A stretch of DNA of 64,000 nt from Candidatus Latescibacterota bacterium (lineage in GTDB: Bacteria; Latescibacterota; UBA2968; GCA-2709665). The notes under the pieces were generated by a model that saw only the letters and a list, made by a program, of their open reading frames with translations, did no database searches and was not told where the DNA came from. The stretch's first letter is position 1. The number at the start of each line of letters is the position of its first letter. Below are positions 59,326-64,000 of this stretch, one piece after another. Made by a program: the position numbers and the translations under genes. The stretch spans positions 224,001-288,000 of the forward strand of contig CBDDDZ010000004.1 of NCBI GenBank assembly GCA_965226795.1. The letters run 5' to 3'.

Positions 59326-60606
59326 ATGGAGCAGCTCGCGTTCTTGACCGAGGGAAAAATTCGAGAGATCAGGCGCCGGTTTGGCACGCCCGTCTTCGTC
59401 TACGACCAGGAGACATTGGAAGCCCGCGCCAGGGACCTGTTGGATTTCCCCAACGCGCATGGATTGACCGCCCGGTACGCGATGAAGGCGTTACCCACGG
59501 CGGCTGTTGTACGAATTCTGAACCAGGCCGGGCTGCACATCGATGCCAGCAGCGGATACGAGGCGGAGCGGGCCATACGGGCCGGCGTGCCTCCGGAACA
59601 GATCCAGCTCACGGCTCAGCGAACGCCCCGAAATCTGGAGAACCTGGTGAGACAGGGAGTCATATTCAATGCCTGTTCGCTGCAGCAACTGCGGAACTAT
59701 GGCGAACTGTTTCCGGGTCGTTCCCTAACCGTACGAATCAACCCCGGTCTCGGGTCGGGTCACAGCAAAAGGACCAACGTGGGTGGACCATCCGCCAGTT
59801 TCGGGATCTGGCACGAATATCTGGATGAGGTGCTGGCCATTGCAAAGGCTTGCAATTTAAAGATTTCGAGTATGCATACCCACATCGGTTCGGGCAGCGA
59901 TCCTGAGGTCTGGGAACACTGCGCGTTGATTTCGCTGCGCATGGCTGCCCGGCTGCCCGAGGTGAAGGTGCTCAGCCTGGGAGGCGGGTTTAAAGTGGGG
60001 CGTATGGCGGGGGAGGCGTCTACCGACCTGAAGCGGATCGGACTGCATGTGCAGGAAGCGTTCCGAGCCTTTGGGAGCGAACATGGGCGCGGACTTCGGC
60101 TGGAGGTGGAACCGGGCACGTTTCTGGTGGCCAATGCAGGCGTGCTGATCTGTTCGGTGATCGATTGTGTCGATACCGGCAAGGACGGCTACGATTTCCT
60201 GAAAGTGGACGCCGGTATGACGGAGGTATTACGCATCAGCCTTTACGGTGGACAGCATCCGATCGTGTCCGTGCCCGTACGGCCGGAGGTGCGGCGACCG
60301 CGGGAATATCTTATTGCCGGCCACTGCTGTGAGAGCGGGGATGTGCTGACGCCGGCGCCGGGCGATCCGGAGGGATTGAGGCCCCGGCTGCTTGCCGAGG
60401 CGAGAATCGGCGATCTTCTGGCGGTGGGCGGGGCCGGCGCGTACTGTTCCGGCATGGCCTCCAAGAATTATAATTCGTTTCCCGAGGCCGCCGAGGTTCT
60501 ACAGGCCGCGGACGGCACGCTGCACCTGATTCGGAAACGGCAGACGCTGGAACAGATTACGGCAAACGAGGTAATGCCGGATTTTCTGGATGCCAGGCCC
60601 GTGTAA
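59326..60606 (+). CDS. lysA: Diaminopimelate decarboxylase
   Basis: YAMKA (PLP Lys), HTHIGSG, LGGGF, EPGTFLVA, GHCCESGD, GAYCSGM..NYN. Confidence 0.92.
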   Translation: MEQLAFLTEGKIREIRRRFGTPVFVYDQETLEARARDLLDFPNAHGLTARYAMKALPTAAVVRILNQAGLHIDASSGYEAERAIRAGVPPEQIQLTAQRTPRNLENLVRQGVIFNACSLQQLRNYGELFPGRSLTVRINPGLGSGHSKRTNVGGPSASFGIWHEYLDEVLAIAKACNLKISSMHTHIGSGSDPEVWEHCALISLRMAARLPEVKVLSLGGGFKVGRMAGEASTDLKRIGLHVQEAFRAFGSEHGRGLRLEVEPGTFLVANAGVLICSVIDCVDTGKDGYDFLKVDAGMTEVLRISLYGGQHPIVSVPVRPEVRRPREYLIAGHCCESGDVLTPAPGDPEGLRPRLLAEARIGDLLAVGGAGAYCSGMASKNYNSFPEAAEVLQAADGTLHLIRKRQTLEQITANEVMPDFLDARPV

Positions 60607-60654
60607 TCCTGACGACGTACGTTGAGCAGAGGGCAACCGGGCGTCGGCGTGCGA

Positions 60655-61440
60655 CTATCCGCTCTCGCCCATCAGATATTCCCAGCACTGACGTCGGATG
60701 GCGCGCTCCTTATAATGGTCACTCTGAGATACACCGAGTGGATTGCCAAATGTCAGTACATTGTTTGCATCCCCTGCCTCATCACGCAGGTTCCAATCCC
60801 GTTCGCCGTAAAGGGCGTCGGGATCGTGGTTCCACGTGGGACGGGTGTTGTCTTCCGTGCGGCGAAAGAGGAATTTAATCATGTGGCGTTTGGCCCCGGA
60901 ACGGTTGGCAGCGGTGCCGTGCCAGAGATCGTAATGGGTGAAAGCCAAGGTGCCCGCATTGACCGTAAGGGGGATCTGTCCGCGGATGTTGGTATAGGTG
61001 GCCATGCGGTCTGTAGGCGCGTTGCGGAAATGGGTACCGGGTACAATCACCGTCGGGCCCATGTCTCCTGTTACGTCGCGTGGATAGTAGAGGCCCAGAA
61101 CGCGGTTGAGACGGATGTCCCGGTTGTTGGTGCTGTCCTGGTGCCACTGCATGTGACCTGACCCCGGCTGTTTGCAATGCCAGTGGCGGTGGGACTGAAC
61201 TTCGTACCCCAGGCCGAGCAGGCTGATGAGGACGCCCCTTACATCCGGGTGGTCCAGAACCTGCCAGAATTCCGGCACGGTATCGGTGACGGCGTCGCCG
61301 GGGTTCCGGTCCAATGCGTCCAGTTGCCGGGCGATGCGCTCGTTTAACCCATCTGGCAGGTCGGGTCGCACGATATGGTAGCCCGTGACGATGAACTGCG
61401 ATACCTCGAGGTCGATGAGCAGGTGACAATTACGTGTCAT
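60655..61440 (-). CDS. Phytanoyl-CoA dioxygenase (PhyH) family Fe(II)/2OG oxygenase
   Basis: WHQD facial-triad motif, GPTVIVPGTH, LWHG..NRS. Confidence 0.88.
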   Translation of the reverse strand: MTRNCHLLIDLEVSQFIVTGYHIVRPDLPDGLNERIARQLDALDRNPGDAVTDTVPEFWQVLDHPDVRGVLISLLGLGYEVQSHRHWHCKQPGSGHMQWHQDSTNNRDIRLNRVLGLYYPRDVTGDMGPTVIVPGTHFRNAPTDRMATYTNIRGQIPLTVNAGTLAFTHYDLWHGTAANRSGAKRHMIKFLFRRTEDNTRPTWNHDPDALYGERDWNLRDEAGDANNVLTFGNPLGVSQSDHYKERAIRRQCWEYLMGESG

Positions 61441-61735
61441 GGACGACCTCTATTTTTTGCAGGATGAATTCATAGCCCACCACGTCCAGATTGGTATCGT
61501 CATAAGGCGCCTGGAGGTGCGGGAATTGCACGATCTGCCAGCCGTCTACCAGAGCGTCATGTACGGTCTGGTAGGGCCATTCCTCTTCACCGGCGGTGAT
61601 TTCAGCCTGGTAACCCCGGACCGGTTCGATCAGCGTGAAACCCAGAATGGTCGAAAAGACGCTGGGGGTCCGGGCGTGCAGGTAAAGCAGGCGCTGTCGT
61701 GGCAGCGTAGATGGACTGAATGTTGCGATTTCCAT
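61430..61735 (-). CDS. Small hypothetical protein coupled to PhyH
   Basis: 101 aa after GAGGAG; RQRLLYL...YQTVHDALVDGWQIVQFP...YEFILQK; overlaps the PhyH start. Confidence 0.72.
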   Translation of the reverse strand: MEIATFSPSTLPRQRLLYLHARTPSVFSTILGFTLIEPVRGYQAEITAGEEEWPYQTVHDALVDGWQIVQFPHLQAPYDDTNLDVVGYEFILQKIEVVHDT

Positions 61736-61872
61736 GTGCGTCGCGCTCCTCTGAGAGGACTCCGCACCCTTTCCTCGTCCAACCTTCGTTTGGACAATCT
61801 GCCTCCAAAACAGCTGCATAACCCCATTGGCTCTTGCCCTGAACGGATGGAACCTGCTGTCCGCGTTTCGTA

Positions 61873-63732
61873 TTATTCGGAAACCCGGTAGCTGTAGAGG
61901 TGGGATCCGCTGCCGAAGTAGATATGGCCGTCGAGGATGTCTCCTCCCGGACCGACAGGTACGGGCGATTCCGCCAGCATCCGTATGTCGCGTGTATCGG
62001 GTTCCACAATGGCGATGCCCTTTGTGAAGAGGATGTAAATGGCGCCGTCCGGCGCGGTGACAAACACCCTCGGGCCCTGTTGCGAGGTCGTGAGACCGAA
62101 TTCGGATTCGAGATCGCGCTGGTGGACCACCCTTCTGTCGCCGGGATCGAAAGCGAAAAAGCGCCTGCGGTCGGCGATTCCGTAGACGACACCCTGCGGC
62201 CCCGAACACATGTCGGTATACCCCTGCACGCCCGCGAAGACGACCGCGCGCCAATCGAGTTGCCTCGTTGCCATATCCATAATATAGAGTTCTGCTTCAT
62301 CGGCCTTCTGTTCACCGCCGGTGCCAGGGCTGATCGTGGTGCCCCCCAGAAGCTTGTCGTCGGGCAGGGGAACAAGGCTCATGGTGGAATGATCGGGCAG
62401 GATGTCGGTATGTTCGAGCAGGGTGTGCTCACGGGTCTCCCTGTCCCAGAATAGCATGCCGCCTCCTGTAAGCCCGTACCCGGGGGTGCCGGCAAGCACG
62501 ACGGTTCTTCCGTCCGGATGGGCAAGCAGCATGTGGGGGCGGTTGATGACCTCGTGGCATTCGTATAGCAGTTCCGGGTTGCAGCCGGCTTCGTCTCGCT
62601 CGGTTTGTACCCATGGTTTGGCGGGGTCCCATTCTTCCAGCAGTCCGTGCGTGTATGCGCCGACAAAGAACATGTCGCCCTCTCTGGCAACGGTATTCCA
62701 TTGCCCCAGGGCCGGGCGGTTGGTCCAGCCGTCGGTATCCGGATTAAAGCTGAAAAAGTGCATCGGAAAGGCGGTACCTCCGCAAATGGTGTTGTCCGGA
62801 GCCGTGGCCACGCCCATAATGTGAGCGCCTTCGCTGGTGTAGTCGAAGGAAACTTCGCGGGTTTCGCCGGTACGGAGATCCTCAACGGCCAGGGTGCGGT
62901 CTACGAGGCTGCACGCGACCATTCGTTTGCCGTCGGGGAATTCGGCGTGGAACAGGCCCTGGCTGCCGGCAATGATGGGTTTCTCGCGTCTGTTCTCAAT
63001 CTTGCCGATATCCGTCCGCGTACCCCGGTACAGTTCAATCCATCCATCCTCGGAACCGCCGCTTGTGTGACCGTAGACCTTCCCGTTCAGGTCGCGGTAC
63101 ACGTGCGCATGGGCCTGGGTTCGTTCGTCTTCGGCCAGGAGGGGTTCCGCTTTGCCGGTTTCCGGGTCCAGGGAGATAATCTGACTGGCAGTGCTGCCGG
63201 TACCGAAATACACCCAGCCGGTATCGTCAGCGGCGATAGCCCGGGGATACTGCCGCCAGTTCTGGTCATATAGGTTCCCATAGTCGCGGAATTCCCCGTT
63301 GAGGGGGTTGTAGGAAGCCACCGCGCTGTTCGGATACGTACCTGACCAGATGCGGCCGTCGTCGTCCTCGGTCATGCTCATGGACATCTGCGGCACGGTC
63401 TGGTGGTGGAAGGTGAATGCGCGCTTTTCGGGGTCGAATTCCACAAAGTGGCTGTTGAAGTGGGTGTAATATCTGTTTCGGCTGGACAGGATGGCCGCAA
63501 ACGGACCGTCGCCGCCCGGCGGATAGGGCATGGGGAATTCTTCGCTGTTTCCCGTTTCCGCATCGATCATCAGGAGGGCGTACCCGCCCCGGTTGTCATA
63601 GAGCCAGATAAGTACGACGTTGCGGCCCGTGCCGTCCACGGTAACGGCGGTGCCCCGATGGTTGCTGATGGGTGTCGCTACGCCGTGGTGAAAAAAGCCG
63701 TTGCCCATTGCTTCGGTATTGGTACCTGACAT
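61873..63732 (-). CDS. Beta-propeller repeat protein (PQQ-like/WD40-like)
   Basis: Repeated blades (DG.IY.GT, FDP..) and GGAGG RBS before the ATG at 63732. Confidence 0.82.
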   Translation of the reverse strand: MSGTNTEAMGNGFFHHGVATPISNHRGTAVTVDGTGRNVVLIWLYDNRGGYALLMIDAETGNSEEFPMPYPPGGDGPFAAILSSRNRYYTHFNSHFVEFDPEKRAFTFHHQTVPQMSMSMTEDDDGRIWSGTYPNSAVASYNPLNGEFRDYGNLYDQNWRQYPRAIAADDTGWVYFGTGSTASQIISLDPETGKAEPLLAEDERTQAHAHVYRDLNGKVYGHTSGGSEDGWIELYRGTRTDIGKIENRREKPIIAGSQGLFHAEFPDGKRMVACSLVDRTLAVEDLRTGETREVSFDYTSEGAHIMGVATAPDNTICGGTAFPMHFFSFNPDTDGWTNRPALGQWNTVAREGDMFFVGAYTHGLLEEWDPAKPWVQTERDEAGCNPELLYECHEVINRPHMLLAHPDGRTVVLAGTPGYGLTGGGMLFWDRETREHTLLEHTDILPDHSTMSLVPLPDDKLLGGTTISPGTGGEQKADEAELYIMDMATRQLDWRAVVFAGVQGYTDMCSGPQGVVYGIADRRRFFAFDPGDRRVVHQRDLESEFGLTTSQQGPRVFVTAPDGAIYILFTKGIAIVEPDTRDIRMLAESPVPVGPGGDILDGHIYFGSGSHLYSYRVSE

Positions 63733-63880
63733 GAGATTGCCTCCGTTGGGTTTCCGTAAGGGATTCGGGAGCGGGTTGATCGATCGGAACAAATATAATA
63801 TGCGGATACCGACAGAAAAACCAATTTTTCACGACGATCACTGAAGTCCTGAAAAACAGGTCCAGGCACCGCTTCCGGAT

Positions 63881-64000
63881 TCAGGGGTCGGGCTTACCTG
63901 GGGGCATGAGGAGTGAGAGCGGCTCGGAGATCTCGTAGACGCTGTCGACCGCCAGGTCGTGGTCGAAGGGTTTTCCTTCTATATTCCGCGCGTCGGCGCA
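63881..64000 (-). CDS. Possible 3' end of a gene running off the window
   Basis: Open frame CADARNIEGKPFDHDLAVDSVYEISEPLSLLMPPGKPDP* with host-like codons. Confidence 0.4.
   Translation of the reverse strand, partial: CADARNIEGKPFDHDLAVDSVYEISEPLSLLMPPGKPDP

Noticed and set aside
61736..62254. N-terminal extension of the 274-aa ORF
   Set aside because: Overlaps the beta-propeller gene; an RBS supports the start at 61735.

Overview
High-GC bacterial chromosomal window. The gene content (GWxTD/TPR proteins, FCB-type LptD, DUF4159/DUF4175/MoxR cluster, Calx-beta autotransporter, PhyH and Gfo/Idh/MocA enzymes) suggests an FCB-group organism such as Latescibacterota or Gemmatimonadota, possibly an animal or sponge symbiont (inference only). 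From left to right: (1) the end of an FAD-linked oxidase and an argR-argC-argB-argD-argG-argH operon with a sigma70 promoter and tandem ARG boxes, followed by a coupled gene that looks like a catalytically degenerate primase fold; (2) several metabolic and exported-protein genes plus a GWxTD pseudogene; (3) a giant Ig-repeat/Calx-beta autotransporter adhesin broken at one collapsed repeat, a hairpin-bounded non-coding element, and two GWxTD-TPR genes; (4) an approximately 10 kb minus-strand defence island (27.7-37.4 kb) carrying a Lamassu/ABC-three-component system whose SMC ATPase is truncated, and a four-gene run of ABC ATPase, DUF4276/TOPRIM-like protein, a Zn-ribbon/DUF559 nuclease/RecQ helicase fusion (frameshifted in a G5 tract) and a small coiled-coil protein, which is the best candidate here for an undescribed system; (5) a long minus-strand housekeeping and envelope region (lptD, dtd, maf, rodZ, priA, flippase, DUF4159-DUF4175-TPR-MoxR-DUF58); (6) tRNA-Leu(TAG), lysA, and a PhyH/beta-propeller group. 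No CRISPR array, rRNA, integrase or intact transposase was seen. All family calls come from motif recognition by eye, not from database searches.
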